Shown: piece by piece, positions 10,429 through 22,949 of the stretch
Layout of the letters: each line of letters opens with the position of its first letter
How positions within the stretch are numbered: the first letter of the stretch is position 1
DNA from: an uncultured Acidobacteriota bacterium
Lineage (GTDB): Bacteria > Acidobacteriota > Blastocatellia > RBC074
Length of the DNA stretch: 64,000 nucleotides
Assembly: GCA_963796275.1 (NCBI GenBank)
Contig: CAWCKY010000007.1
Coordinates: forward strand, 384,001 to 448,000
Direction: 5' to 3'
Notes under the pieces: model-generated
Seen by the model: only the letters and a program-made list of their open reading frames with translations
Told to the model about the DNA's origin: nothing
Databases searched by the model: none
Position numbers and translations under genes: made by a program

Positions 10429-11907
10429 ATGCGGGTGTATTTAATCGGCCTGTTGACGCTATCGGCGGTGTGCTGTTTTCATATCCTGGCTCAGCCGGAG
10501 ACTCTGAATAAGCTCAACTCCGACAGTGTGGATGCATTTCTGCGGGGTCAAATGCAGAAACGCCGGATACCGGGGCTTCAGTTAGCTGTCGTCCGGCATG
10601 GGAAGATTGTCAAGCTCGGCGCATATGGCCTGGCCAATGTCCAGGACTCGATTTCAGTGACCGATCAGACCCGCTTTACGATTAACTCCATCACCAAGGC
10701 CTTTACTGGAGTCGCAATCATGCAATTGGTTGAGGCCGGAAGACTGGACCTCGAGGCACCGGTGTCGCGCTATCTCGATGTCCTGCCTGCTGCATGGCAA
10801 ACCGTATCGATAAGGCAATTACTTACCCACACCTCGGGTCTCCCCAGTGGCGACAATGAGAAGGACGGATACGAGGCATTCTGGGCGAAGTTGCAGACCC
10901 TGCCGATTGAGTTTGCGCCGGGGGAACAATTTAGATATAACTCGACCAACTATTTCTTGTTGGGGCGGATAATCGACAAACTCAGTGGACAACCCTTCAC
11001 CCAATTCATTACGGAGCGGCAGCTGCGCCTTGCAGGGATGCCGCTGACCGTGTTCGGCGATTTTCACGATATAGTGCGGAAGAGCGCGCGCGGGTACACT
11101 TTTTTACGAAATGTTGGCGGAGCGCTACGCAGCACAGATGAGCTCAGCAACGTTTTTGAGGAGTTTCCACCGTTTATGCGAACATCGGCTGGAATGATCG
11201 CAACGGCGGAGGAGATGGCGCGCTGGATCATAGCATTGCAGGGGAACAGACTTCTTAAAGAGAAGACCAGCCTCGCGATGCTCTGGACGCCGGGGAAACT
11301 CAACGATGGGTCATCACCTCGATGGTACCGGCTTCTCAACGGGTATGCCCTCGGCTGGCCAATGGTGATACGCGCCGAACATCGTGCAGTAGCTGCGGTC
11401 GGCGGAATACGCTCTGCGATTTTCATCTATCCCGATGATGATCTGGCGGTCGTGATTCTTACCAACCTGCAGGGAGCCTTTCCTGAGTCATTCATTGATG
11501 AAGTTGCAGCATACTACATTCCGGATATGCGCGCGTCCACTGGGTTTGGGTTGCCCTTATCAGTCAAGGTGATCCACGCTGAACTAGTTAAACGAGGCTT
11601 TGAACAGGCATCCGAAGCGGTCAATGAAGCGAAAAAGAAAGACGCAGCGTTCCAGCTTCCTGAAGCGGACGTGAATGCATGGGGATACCGCTTATTGGAA
11701 CGAGTGCAAACGAAAGAGGCCATTGTAGTCTTCAATCTGAACGTCAGCCTCTATCCTGAAAGTTCGAATACCTACGACAGCTTGGCCGATGGTTACTTAG
11801 CTTCCGGCAATAAGGCGCTTGCTATCGAGAACTACAAACGTTCCCTCGAGTTGAATCCGCAGAACACTCATGCTGTAGAGCTCTTAAAGGAACTTGAGCG
11901 CAAATGA
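10429..11907 (+). CDS. Serine hydrolase (beta-lactamase-like) with C-terminal TPR
   Basis: SITK catalytic motif, LLTHTSG, YNSTNY; C-terminal NTYDSLADGY...YKRSLELNP TPR. Confidence 0.9.
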   Translation: MRVYLIGLLTLSAVCCFHILAQPETLNKLNSDSVDAFLRGQMQKRRIPGLQLAVVRHGKIVKLGAYGLANVQDSISVTDQTRFTINSITKAFTGVAIMQLVEAGRLDLEAPVSRYLDVLPAAWQTVSIRQLLTHTSGLPSGDNEKDGYEAFWAKLQTLPIEFAPGEQFRYNSTNYFLLGRIIDKLSGQPFTQFITERQLRLAGMPLTVFGDFHDIVRKSARGYTFLRNVGGALRSTDELSNVFEEFPPFMRTSAGMIATAEEMARWIIALQGNRLLKEKTSLAMLWTPGKLNDGSSPRWYRLLNGYALGWPMVIRAEHRAVAAVGGIRSAIFIYPDDDLAVVILTNLQGAFPESFIDEVAAYYIPDMRASTGFGLPLSVKVIHAELVKRGFEQASEAVNEAKKKDAAFQLPEADVNAWGYRLLERVQTKEAIVVFNLNVSLYPESSNTYDSLADGYLASGNKALAIENYKRSLELNPQNTHAVELLKELERK

Positions 11908-12008
11908 GCCAGGCAGGGTTACGGCTTTTACATTGCCCACTAACAGACGGCCAAACGTAAACAAGCTCACCCTTCTCCGGCGTCCTGTTCTGAAACACAG
12001 GCTTCATT

Positions 12009-12180
12009 AATTCCACCACAGATCGGATAAACTACCTGCATCGGACTCTCCTTTCGGTCGGGCGGGACAGTCTTCAAGTTATGAAGAATCTGCCTTGGTT
12101 GCTCCCGCACATGCGCGGCCAGATGAGGTGGTGCTAGGCGAGGATATCTGATCGGACTCCCTATTTCATCGCCTACCTGT
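12009..12180 (-). mobile_element. Probable IS110-family remnant: non-coding left end plus the first ~11 codons of the transposase
   Basis: Minus strand GAAAGGAGAGTCCG-ATG then MQVVYPICGGI, resembling the IS110 N-terminus (MxVVYPxCxGIDVHK), then breaks off. Confidence 0.45.
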
Positions 12181-12253
12181 GGACAATACAATGGAAGCAG
12201 GGTATCTTCTTTGTAATGTCCAATGGAACATACGAAAGAGGCTGGAGGTAGCG

Positions 12254-14863
12254 ATGATTCAATATTTGCGCGCCTTGGTGGCGAAATTTCGCAGATCATT
12301 GGGAGATCGAAGAGCAGAGCGAGAGCTCGACGACGAGATCGAATTGCATTTGCGCCTGCTGGCCGAGCGGCATGTTCGCCTGGGGATGACCGAGGCCGAG
12401 GCAGCTATTGCCGCACGCCGCCAGTTCGGTAACATCACAATGTTGCAGGAGGCCGGTCGCGAGATGCGTGGAATAAGTTTGATCGAGACGCTCTTTCAGG
12501 ATATGCGGTACGCCCTGTGGATGCTGAGGAGAAATCCGGGCTTCACTTTTGTCGCCGTTCTCACGTTGGCGCTTGGCATCGGCGCCAACAGCGCGATCTT
12601 CAGCGTTGTGAATGCGGTGTTGCTCAAGCCTCTGCCTTACTATGATCCGCAGCAACTGGTCTTCGTCGCAAAAGCATACAAGGGAGAGGAGCGACCCGAC
12701 GCCGACGATTATCTTCGCTGGCAGGCGGAGTCTAAGGTTTTTGACCATCTGGCCGCGGTCGCATCGTGGCGCATATATATGACTGGACTAGGCAAACCGG
12801 AGCGGCTCGATTCCGTTAGAGTCACAGCCAGCTTGTTCCCAGCGCTTGGCGTCGCACCTCAGTTGGGGCGGGCGTTTACCCCGGAAGAGGATCGACCAGG
12901 AGGCGCTCGCGTGGCGATCCTGAGTCACGCTCTCTGGAAGCGACGCTTCGGCGGTGATCCGGCTATCATCGGCCGATCGTTGACGCTCGACAGAGAAAGC
13001 CGGCAGGTTATCGGCGTGATGCCGCCCGGTTTCAAGTTCATTCACACTGCTGATGTGTGGCTGCCGCTTGCGCTCAATGAAAAGAGCAATATCCACATCA
13101 ATAACGTAGTTGGTCGGCTTAAGCCCGGGGTTTCCATCGAGCAGGCGCGGTTGGATTTGGACTCTATTTTGCAGCGCCTCAAACAAACCAATGCGGAATT
13201 GACCGATTCGGAAGACCTTACCGGCGTGCAGTTCAGAGTGACCCCGATGGGCGAAAGGCTGGTCGGCCATATGCAGCGCGGATTGCTGGTGCTTTTCGGT
13301 GCAGTGGCGTTTGTATTGCTTATCGCTTGCGCCAATGTAGCGAATCTGATGTTGGCGCGCGCACGCGTACGACAAAAAGAGATGGCGATTCGTGCCGCGA
13401 TAGGCGCAAGCCGTGGACGGCTGATGAGGCAGATGCTGACTGAGAGCATGTTGCTGGCTCTCGTCGGTGGCATGACCGGATTGTTGCTGGCGCTCCTGTG
13501 CATCAAAGCTCTGGTCGCGTTCGCTCCCGATGACCTGGCTCAAGTCAGAGAGAGCAGCATTGATGGCGCGGTTCTCAGCTTCACCTTCCTCGCTTCGCTA
13601 CTGACCGGCGTCGTGGCGGGCGTCATCCCCGCGCTGCACGCATCGCGGATCGATCTCAACGAGAGCTTGAAAGAAGGCGCTCGCAACGCTGCATTCTCAA
13701 AGCGCGGGAGCGCGCAGCGAGTTGCGCCGGCTTTGGTAATCGGCGAGTTGGCGTTGACGCTGGCTCTGCTTGCCGGCGCAGGTTTGTTGATCAAGAGCTT
13801 CCTGCGAGTGCGCGCGGTCGAACCTGGTTACCAGCCGGAGAATTTGCTGACGATGATGATACCGCTCAACTTCGCCAAATATCCGCAAGGATCAACGCAA
13901 CAGAGGTTCTTCTACCAGGATCTGCTCGCACGCATCAAGAGCCTACCCGGCGTGAAGGATGCGGCGATCGGGCCTCTTCCACTGACCGGTCTGAGGAGGA
14001 TCGTCCGCCGCCCGCCTGAACCCAATTCGCAGAAACGTTCGATCGAGCGGAACGACGTCAGCCCTGAATATTTTCAGACAATGGGGATACAGTTGCGCGC
14101 GGGTCGCAATTTAACGGAACGTGACAACAAGAATACGCAGACCGTCCTTATCGTTAACGAAACACTGGCTCGTTACCACTTCCCGGGGGAAGACCCAATT
14201 GGCAAACCTCTCCATAATATGGGGACCATCGTCGGCGTTGTGGCTGACGTGAAACGCTTCGGGTTGGAAGCTGAAACGCAATCGGAATGTTATCACTCAT
14301 ACCTCCAGTGTGAAAAAATGTATGAGGAACAGGAGCTGGTAGTACGCACAGCGGGCGATCCCCTGAAATGGGCGTCTGCCGTGCGCCAGCAGGTCTGGGC
14401 GATCGATGCAGACCAGCCCGTTGAGAGCATGATGTCGATGGAGCAGCGCCTGGCCGAATCTGTTGCGCCGCGGCGTTTTCAGATGCTGCTCTTCGGGACC
14501 TTCGCCGCCCTGGCGCTCGTCATCGCGACGGTCGGAATTTATGGCGTCATCTCGTACGCCGTCAGCCAAAGAACCCATGAGCTCGGCATTCGGATGGCTC
14601 TGGGCGCGCAGGCTGGCGATGTGCTGCGGATGGTGGTATGGCGGGGAATACGATTGGCGTTGATCGGCGTGGCGCTGGGATTGGCGGCGGCGCTCGCGCT
14701 AACTCGGGTCATGGAAAATCTGCTCTTCCGAGTGAGCGCGACCGATCCGGCAACCTTCGCCTTCATCGCACTGCTACTGGTCGGTATCGTGCTTATCGCG
14801 AGCTACATCCCCGCACGGCGCGCGACGAAGGTCGACCCGCTACAGGCTCTTCGCCACGAATGA
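12254..14863 (+). CDS. ADOP-family duplicated ABC permease (MacB/FtsX-like) with N-terminal prefix domain
   Basis: RBS GGAGG; ELDDEIELHL...AARRQFG prefix; [56 protein letters not shown]. Confidence 0.92.
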   Translation: MIQYLRALVAKFRRSLGDRRAERELDDEIELHLRLLAERHVRLGMTEAEAAIAARRQFGNITMLQEAGREMRGISLIETLFQDMRYALWMLRRNPGFTFVAVLTLALGIGANSAIFSVVNAVLLKPLPYYDPQQLVFVAKAYKGEERPDADDYLRWQAESKVFDHLAAVASWRIYMTGLGKPERLDSVRVTASLFPALGVAPQLGRAFTPEEDRPGGARVAILSHALWKRRFGGDPAIIGRSLTLDRESRQVIGVMPPGFKFIHTADVWLPLALNEKSNIHINNVVGRLKPGVSIEQARLDLDSILQRLKQTNAELTDSEDLTGVQFRVTPMGERLVGHMQRGLLVLFGAVAFVLLIACANVANLMLARARVRQKEMAIRAAIGASRGRLMRQMLTESMLLALVGGMTGLLLALLCIKALVAFAPDDLAQVRESSIDGAVLSFTFLASLLTGVVAGVIPALHASRIDLNESLKEGARNAAFSKRGSAQRVAPALVIGELALTLALLAGAGLLIKSFLRVRAVEPGYQPENLLTMMIPLNFAKYPQGSTQQRFFYQDLLARIKSLPGVKDAAIGPLPLTGLRRIVRRPPEPNSQKRSIERNDVSPEYFQTMGIQLRAGRNLTERDNKNTQTVLIVNETLARYHFPGEDPIGKPLHNMGTIVGVVADVKRFGLEAETQSECYHSYLQCEKMYEEQELVVRTAGDPLKWASAVRQQVWAIDADQPVESMMSMEQRLAESVAPRRFQMLLFGTFAALALVIATVGIYGVISYAVSQRTHELGIRMALGAQAGDVLRMVVWRGIRLALIGVALGLAAALALTRVMENLLFRVSATDPATFAFIALLLVGIVLIASYIPARRATKVDPLQALRHE

Positions 14864-15013
14864 TTAACCCAACGGCTTTACTTTGCCGACTGACAGACGC
14901 CCGCACGGGGGCTTCCAGCGTGAAGAGTATTGCCGCTGGTGTTTGCGAGATGCCTAACCCACACAATCCAACAGGATCAGGAAAACTAAACTAAAAACTA
15001 AAAAACTGAAAAC

Positions 15014-16255
15014 TTAAAATATTCCCCCGCGTTCGGCGATCAGACGCATCGCGGGCCTACTCACGAACTCCTGTTCGTGAAACTGCTCGCCCCATGCCAA
15101 CGGCGTGACGTCGTGGAATTCGTGCATCGCCTCGTCCCCGACGAACCGCATGAGCTTCCGCAGCGACGCGCGAACGTTCGGATCGGCTCCGTGGTCCAAC
15201 AGCAGCCGGGCGAAGTCGTCGTGATTCCGCAGGCGGATGGGTTGCGCCACCACACACCCGAAGAGCGCGGTGTGACCGCCGAATCCCTCCGCATCGACCG
15301 CGGCTTTCGCGTTCACGTCCATTCCGCGCTCGATCAGCCACCGTGCGATCTCCATTTCATCATTGTCGACGCACAGGTGTAGCAGCGTTGCGCCCGCCAG
15401 CGGAGTGGTGTGCAGCGCCAGCGTTTCGTCGGTGTGGCAACCCAGCTCGGGCGGATAGATATCCTGATGTGAAAAGGTCCGGGCGAGCAGACCGGAATCG
15501 AGCTGCAGATGCTTCTCGAGTAAATCGATCCGGCCTCGGTGTACTGCCATTGGCGGCGTGTCCGGCATCTCGATGCCGTGCTGAGCGAAGAGCTCAAGGC
15601 ACCAGTGCTTTCCTTCCGGGTTGCGGCAATATGTTTCGAGCACCATAGCTACGGGCGCACGCCGATCTCCCAGCCCGTCGCTGATCTCCGCTCCCAGCTC
15701 GAGTAGAAGCGCCAGCCCTGAACCGCTCTGCGTTTCAGCCGGACCCATCACCGAATCGAGAACGGGACGGGCTCCCATCTCATGCAACTGGCGGGCGGTG
15801 TCGAGCTTACCCTGCAGGCAAGCACGGTCGAATGCGAACTGTAAATCTTCCGCGCCCAGGTCGCGCAGCAGCGCGATGATCCGGTCGCGCCCCAGATTGG
15901 CGGCATACGACATCGGTGGCCCCCAGTTACCCTTCACGCCACGCGCATCTTCGTGCAGCAGCCGAGGATGCTTTAATACCAGTTCGCGGACGGTGTCGGC
16001 GTCATCGCGCCAGATCGCGTCGGTCATTCGGCAGGCGAGCACGAGGCGCGGCCAGCTCGGCAGGCCGTAGCTGCGTGCGAGCGCCAGCTGCGCATCGGCG
16101 AGCTTTGCAGCGACCGGGTCTTTTTTCTTGGGATGATTTTTTTGCAATTCTGCGGTCGCAGCAGGATCACCCCGCCTGATACCGCGGAGCAGGTCTTTAG
16201 CCTGTTGCTTGAGTTGATCGAGGTTGGGACGGACGGGAAAGTGACGATCGGCCAT
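15014..16255 (-). CDS. Ankyrin-repeat protein with N-terminal helical domain (PNLDQLKQQAKDLLR...AQLALARSYGLPSWPRL)
   Basis: RBS AAGGAGG; ankyrin repeats GATLLHLCV..IARWLIERGMDVNA, GHTALF..ARLLLDHGADPN. Confidence 0.88.
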   Translation of the reverse strand: MADRHFPVRPNLDQLKQQAKDLLRGIRRGDPAATAELQKNHPKKKDPVAAKLADAQLALARSYGLPSWPRLVLACRMTDAIWRDDADTVRELVLKHPRLLHEDARGVKGNWGPPMSYAANLGRDRIIALLRDLGAEDLQFAFDRACLQGKLDTARQLHEMGARPVLDSVMGPAETQSGSGLALLLELGAEISDGLGDRRAPVAMVLETYCRNPEGKHWCLELFAQHGIEMPDTPPMAVHRGRIDLLEKHLQLDSGLLARTFSHQDIYPPELGCHTDETLALHTTPLAGATLLHLCVDNDEMEIARWLIERGMDVNAKAAVDAEGFGGHTALFGCVVAQPIRLRNHDDFARLLLDHGADPNVRASLRKLMRFVGDEAMHEFHDVTPLAWGEQFHEQEFVSRPAMRLIAERGGIF

Positions 16256-16390
16256 GACGGACCTCCTTCGCGGTCAAGCCCGGGTCCGCTGGCATCGGGC
16301 GAAAAGGAGGTTCGCGTGAACCATGCATCGGAAATGTCGATCAGGTGGACTCGGTCCTCTCCGCGGACTGGTGGCGTCCTGCACGCCCAG
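16256..16390 (-). ncRNA. Candidate structured cis-regulatory 5' leader of the ankyrin gene
   Basis: Hairpins GGCGU/ACGCC, GGAC/GUCC, AUCG/CGAU; long-range GUCCGC/GCGGAC; GCGAA/UUCGC stem with loop CCUCCUU complementary to the SD AAGGAGG. Confidence 0.55.
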
Positions 16391-16395
16391 GCAGC

Positions 16396-16424
16396 AGAAT
16401 ACTTTCGTCTATCTCGAGGGTCAA
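16396..16424 (-). promoter_or_regulatory. Sigma70-type promoter of the ankyrin gene
   Basis: TTGACC-N17-TATTCT on the minus strand. Confidence 0.65.
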
Positions 16425-16789
16425 GATCAATAGGCCATATTCTCCGCTAACTGTTAATTCTGACAGTTTCAGCCGATTCTTACCGGAAGTAGACTCTTAA
16501 GTGAAATCTGTTTATGCGTTGGTTAATCAAACGGGGAGCGGAGAAAAGTCCTTGAAGCGGAATTGGGCGTATACCCGTACGGGCGCGTACATTGTCAGCA
16601 ATTGGATTTCAGCTATTGATATGCGATGGCTTCGAAAGCGCGGTTGCCAATTGCAAAGATGAGAGAGGCGCCTGCTCAGGGAATATGAATTCGGGTTAGC
16701 TTCTCCGCTTCCGTGCATTGAAGAGGCGAAGCGCGCCCTCTTGCTTCTCGTGGCTTTGATAAATGCCTACTTCCAAGGAGAGATGAATA

Positions 16790-17545
16790 TTGAGTTCACT
16801 GGCTATGAGTGGGATCGTATTCGGGTGCGTCTTCGGAGGTGCGGTATTAGGAATGTTGCTCCGCAAAGTTATTCCCGAGCATCACCTGAGCACAGAATCG
16901 AAGGATATCGTGAAGCTGTCGATGGGATTGGTCGGGACGATGGCCGCACTTGTCATCGGTCTCCTAACCGCTTCGGCAAAAGGTTCTTACGAAGCACAGA
17001 GGGCGGAATTTATACAGATGTCGGCCGAAATCATCTTGCTCGACCGCGCCCTGGCAAATTATGGACCGGAGACAAAAGATGCGCGTGATCTACTCCGTAG
17101 CCAGGTCATCAAAGTGCTTGACCGGATTGAACCCAAGAAAGGTTATCGATCTCCTCGGTCGGAACAGCTGCCCGGAGGCGAAATACTCTATGACAATATC
17201 CAGAAACTCTCACCTCTGAACGAAGAGCAGCGCGACCTTCGGGCTAGTGCGCTCAGAATCATCGTTGACATCGCACGAACACGCTGGTTGTTGTTCGCGC
17301 AGCATCTGGACAGGTCGCTTCCAATGCCATTTCTCGTGGTGCTGGTTTTCTGGCTGGCCATCATACTGGGCAGCTTCGGGCTTTTTGCGCCGGGTAATAC
17401 AACTGTTATCGCTGCATTATTTATTTGTGCCCTGTCGGTTTCGGGCGCCATCTTCTTAATCTTGGAATTAGATAGTCCATTCGAGGGGGTGGTTCATTTC
17501 AGCACTGCTCCACTGCGCAACGCCCTTGCGATTCTCGGGAATTAG
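16790..17545 (+). CDS. DUF4239 / bestrophin-like membrane protein
   Basis: KLSMGLVGTMAALVIGLLTASAKGSYE, LLDRALANYGPE, ILELDSPFEG; TTG start with GGAG RBS. Confidence 0.8.
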   Translation: MSSLAMSGIVFGCVFGGAVLGMLLRKVIPEHHLSTESKDIVKLSMGLVGTMAALVIGLLTASAKGSYEAQRAEFIQMSAEIILLDRALANYGPETKDARDLLRSQVIKVLDRIEPKKGYRSPRSEQLPGGEILYDNIQKLSPLNEEQRDLRASALRIIVDIARTRWLLFAQHLDRSLPMPFLVVLVFWLAIILGSFGLFAPGNTTVIAALFICALSVSGAIFLILELDSPFEGVVHFSTAPLRNALAILGN

Positions 17546-17795
17546 CGGATGGCGAACAACATCCGCGCGCCGTAACGCAGGCCTTTGAATGCTGTCTGAT
17601 AAGTCCTCCGATTTGGCGGCTGCCTATGGAGTGCGGTAGCTTGCTTGCTACCGCTTTGGTAGTCCTTTGCGCTGCAATTGGCATCGAGTCAGCATGGCCG
17701 AGTAAGGTGCGCTCTCTGATCGTTTCGTCCTCCCACATAATACCGACTCACTAACAGTCCGAGGAAGAGAAAATCAATAAAATAAGCCTGCCATC

Positions 17796-17846
17796 TTGAC
17801 TCGACTATATACCCATATAGAATCCTGACTAGATAGAATCCTATCA
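17796..17846 (+). promoter_or_regulatory. Promoter of PadR gene 1 with tandem ATAGAATCCT repeats (candidate autorepression sites)
   Basis: TTGACT-N16-TAGAAT; ATAGAATCCT occurs twice, overlapping and following the -10. Confidence 0.5.
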
Positions 17847-17870
17847 AATGATGTTCATAAGGAGGTGCCA

Positions 17871-18197
17871 ATGGGGAAGGGGTTTCTCACCTATTCGACG
17901 GCGGTCATCCTGCAGGCTGTGTCAAACGGTTACCTGTACGGGTTCGACATTATCGATATCACGGGGTTGCCGGGCGGGACGGTCTACCCGGCGCTGCGGC
18001 GGTTGGAGGACGCGGGGTATCTCTCTTCGAAGTGGGAGGACCAGCGTATTGCGCAGGCGGAGCCGCGACCGCCGCGCAAGTATTACGAGCTGACGCGCGA
18101 TGGGCGTGAAGCATTGGCCGAAGCGGTCAAACGCTACCGGCAGTTGGAGCAGGTGCAACTGAGGAAAGATCGCGAAGGGAAACCCTCGCGCGCGTGA
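17871..18197 (+). CDS. PadR-family transcriptional regulator
   Basis: RBS AGGAGG; [25 protein letters not shown]. Confidence 0.9.
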   Translation: MGKGFLTYSTAVILQAVSNGYLYGFDIIDITGLPGGTVYPALRRLEDAGYLSSKWEDQRIAQAEPRPPRKYYELTRDGREALAEAVKRYRQLEQVQLRKDREGKPSRA

Positions 18198-18518
18198 GGC
18201 CAAGATCGTGGGTATGTTAACTCGTTGCAAACGACTATTGGCCAATATCACAAGGGGCGATCTAGCTGGTGTTGTTCGTTAGCGCATGCCTCTATAAATC
18301 GTCACATCCGGTTTTGGGATTCGGCTTTCCCAGAAACGCACACCCGAAAGGGATCGCCATCGCCCGACACGCAATTTAAATCACTTGATCCCAACAGTTA
18401 GTTCCAAACCTCAGCGGCACGGCGTTTGATTATTCAATTTTCCAGTAGATATCTCGCAGTATCCGATCATCGCTCGATTCAGTCACAAAAGGAGTCCTTG
18501 GAGGAATTTGGAGGAATT

Positions 18519-20970
<2,452 letters not shown>

Positions 20971-21036
20971 CGAAATTTGAGATTTGAGTTTTGAGAGATT
21001 GATTTCGTCCTTCTCAAATCGAGTATCTCAATTTTC

Positions 21037-21163
21037 AACGCGACTGATCCGCTGAGGTTTGCAGTGATAGCGTTCCTGCTTGCCGTTGTAGCCTTGCTGG
21101 CCTGCTGGATTCCAGCGTGACTTGCGACGAAAGTTGAACGATAGCCGCTCTACACCGCGACTG
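21037..21163 (+). pseudogene. Fragment of another ADOP permease C-terminus
   Basis: [32 protein letters not shown] with an internal stop. Confidence 0.65.
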
Positions 21164-21687
21164 ACTTTGTATGAGACAGTTATCTATTTGACTGTCACAT
21201 AAAATGTCACCACGGGTGTCAGAGCGGCAATCTCAGAAACGCGCCCTGTTGACTTAAATGTGTGTAAAGGTGTGGTCTCCGCGCCCCGGATCAAATGGAA
21301 CACAAATTGCTTACTCAATTTCGATTCTAAACTCCCTAGAAAATTGATTGAGGTTGTTTCACTTTTCCTCTCATTTTACCGGACTTTCCCGCAGGGTGCA
21401 TAGGTCAGCCGTTTGGTGATTGGTGATATCAGGGAAGGTGACTTCGAATTCGCTTTAGCGTCCTTACAGCCTTGGCTTCAGCTGCCAATCGTCAGGCGAT
21501 GGCTCAAGCCACGTAAACAAGCCAGTAACGGCTGGCTTGAATGCGTATCTCGAAATGCAAAGGGTTGGTTAAACGGCTGATCTCTGAGCCCTGCAGGAAA
21601 GTCCGGTGATTGTGTTTGATTGCTGAGGCGATTCAGGATGGTGCTGCTAGCGAATGATCGGCGTGAATAATCAGCATTCTACGTCTC

Positions 21688-22821
21688 TCAAGCGCTGCCA
21701 CTCTTTGCCCGCCCAGGAAGTGTGAACCGGAAGGTTGAGCCAACGCCTTCCTCACTTTCAACAGTCACCTTTCCGCCATGCGCCTCGACAAACGTCTTCA
21801 CGATGGCGAGACCCAGGCCCGTTCCACCTTCCCTTTCCGGATCGGTCTCTAGCTTGTCGAAGACTTTTTCTAGCCGGTCTTCTGGGATTCCAGCGCCATT
21901 GTCTCTGACCCAGCACTCGATGTCGCTTTCCGCTCCGACTTCTCGCACCCCGATGACGACTTCGCCGCGCGGGGTATACTTAATCGCATTCGCGATCAAG
22001 TTCTGAAATACACGCTTCAGTAAACTCGCGTCGGCGTAAACGGTTAGATCCTTGGGGACCTCGTTGATAAGTTGCGTGCTGGAGGTCCCGGCCACAGGAT
22101 GCAGATCGTAGATAAGGGCCTCGACCAGCGGCCATAAATCGAACTCACGGCGCTCCAATTTGATGCCGGTCTCAGTTTGGATGTGATCGCTCTCTTTTAG
22201 GACCTTATCAACCAACGCTTGAAGACGCTGCACGTTACGGTGGAGTATCTTTAGCATCTGAGTAGTTTCAGCGCTGTCGCCCTGCCCATGAAAAGTGGTT
22301 TGCAGGACATTCACGCCAAGGGTGATAGCATTGAGCGGACTGCGTAGATCGTGCGCTACAAATGCCAAATACTCTTCACGGCGCCGCTGCATTCCGAGCG
22401 CTTGCTGAGTGGCAAATGTCTGGACGGCCAATCCGATCGCCTCGTCCAGGACGCGATTCAAGATATGAAATGCCTTGCCTGCCAGGCTGAGGCCATTATT
22501 TTCGGCGAGATCGTAGATGCAGCTACGAAGGATGTTGTACTCCGCTACGACCTCGACGATGTTGAAGCCATCTTGAAACCTCTGCATGCCGTGGGCCGGC
22601 GGGCTGCCTTCCAGAAGCGCCTCCGGGATCGTTTGGTCAGACACTAAGCGGAATGCGTCGACCAATTCATCAAGGAGAGGTGGAACATGATCGTTCAACG
22701 CGGGTGTGTCGAGATCCTTCGCTGATGGGAGGTTCCGCACTTGCCCCCTCCATTGAGAAAGCAAAGTATCGCGCTCACGCCGGATGAGCGCTGCCAATTC
22801 GTTGAGATTTTGAAAACTCAT
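21688..22821 (-). CDS. Cytoplasmic sensor histidine kinase with RsbRD_N-like N-terminal domain
   Basis: H-box VAHDLRSPL, N-box NLIANAIKY, DNGAGI, GTGLGLAI; N-terminal LLSQW...HGMQRFQDGFNIVEVVAEY; no TM helix. Confidence 0.88.
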   Translation of the reverse strand: MSFQNLNELAALIRRERDTLLSQWRGQVRNLPSAKDLDTPALNDHVPPLLDELVDAFRLVSDQTIPEALLEGSPPAHGMQRFQDGFNIVEVVAEYNILRSCIYDLAENNGLSLAGKAFHILNRVLDEAIGLAVQTFATQQALGMQRRREEYLAFVAHDLRSPLNAITLGVNVLQTTFHGQGDSAETTQMLKILHRNVQRLQALVDKVLKESDHIQTETGIKLERREFDLWPLVEALIYDLHPVAGTSSTQLINEVPKDLTVYADASLLKRVFQNLIANAIKYTPRGEVVIGVREVGAESDIECWVRDNGAGIPEDRLEKVFDKLETDPEREGGTGLGLAIVKTFVEAHGGKVTVESEEGVGSTFRFTLPGRAKSGSA

Positions 22822-22949
22822 TATTCATACCTGATTTCGATCTCAGTGCCATCTATTTAAGTATATCATTAAAAAAAACTCCTGTTCCTGCTCATCCACT
22901 TTTGCCCGGCAACTTAACTGCCATTCCGCACTTCTGCGCACAATTTGGC

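Noticed and set aside
10429-11907. Antibiotic-resistance beta-lactamase or BGC-linked peptidase
   Set aside because: Generic serine hydrolase-TPR family, far from the NRPS; no evidence for either role
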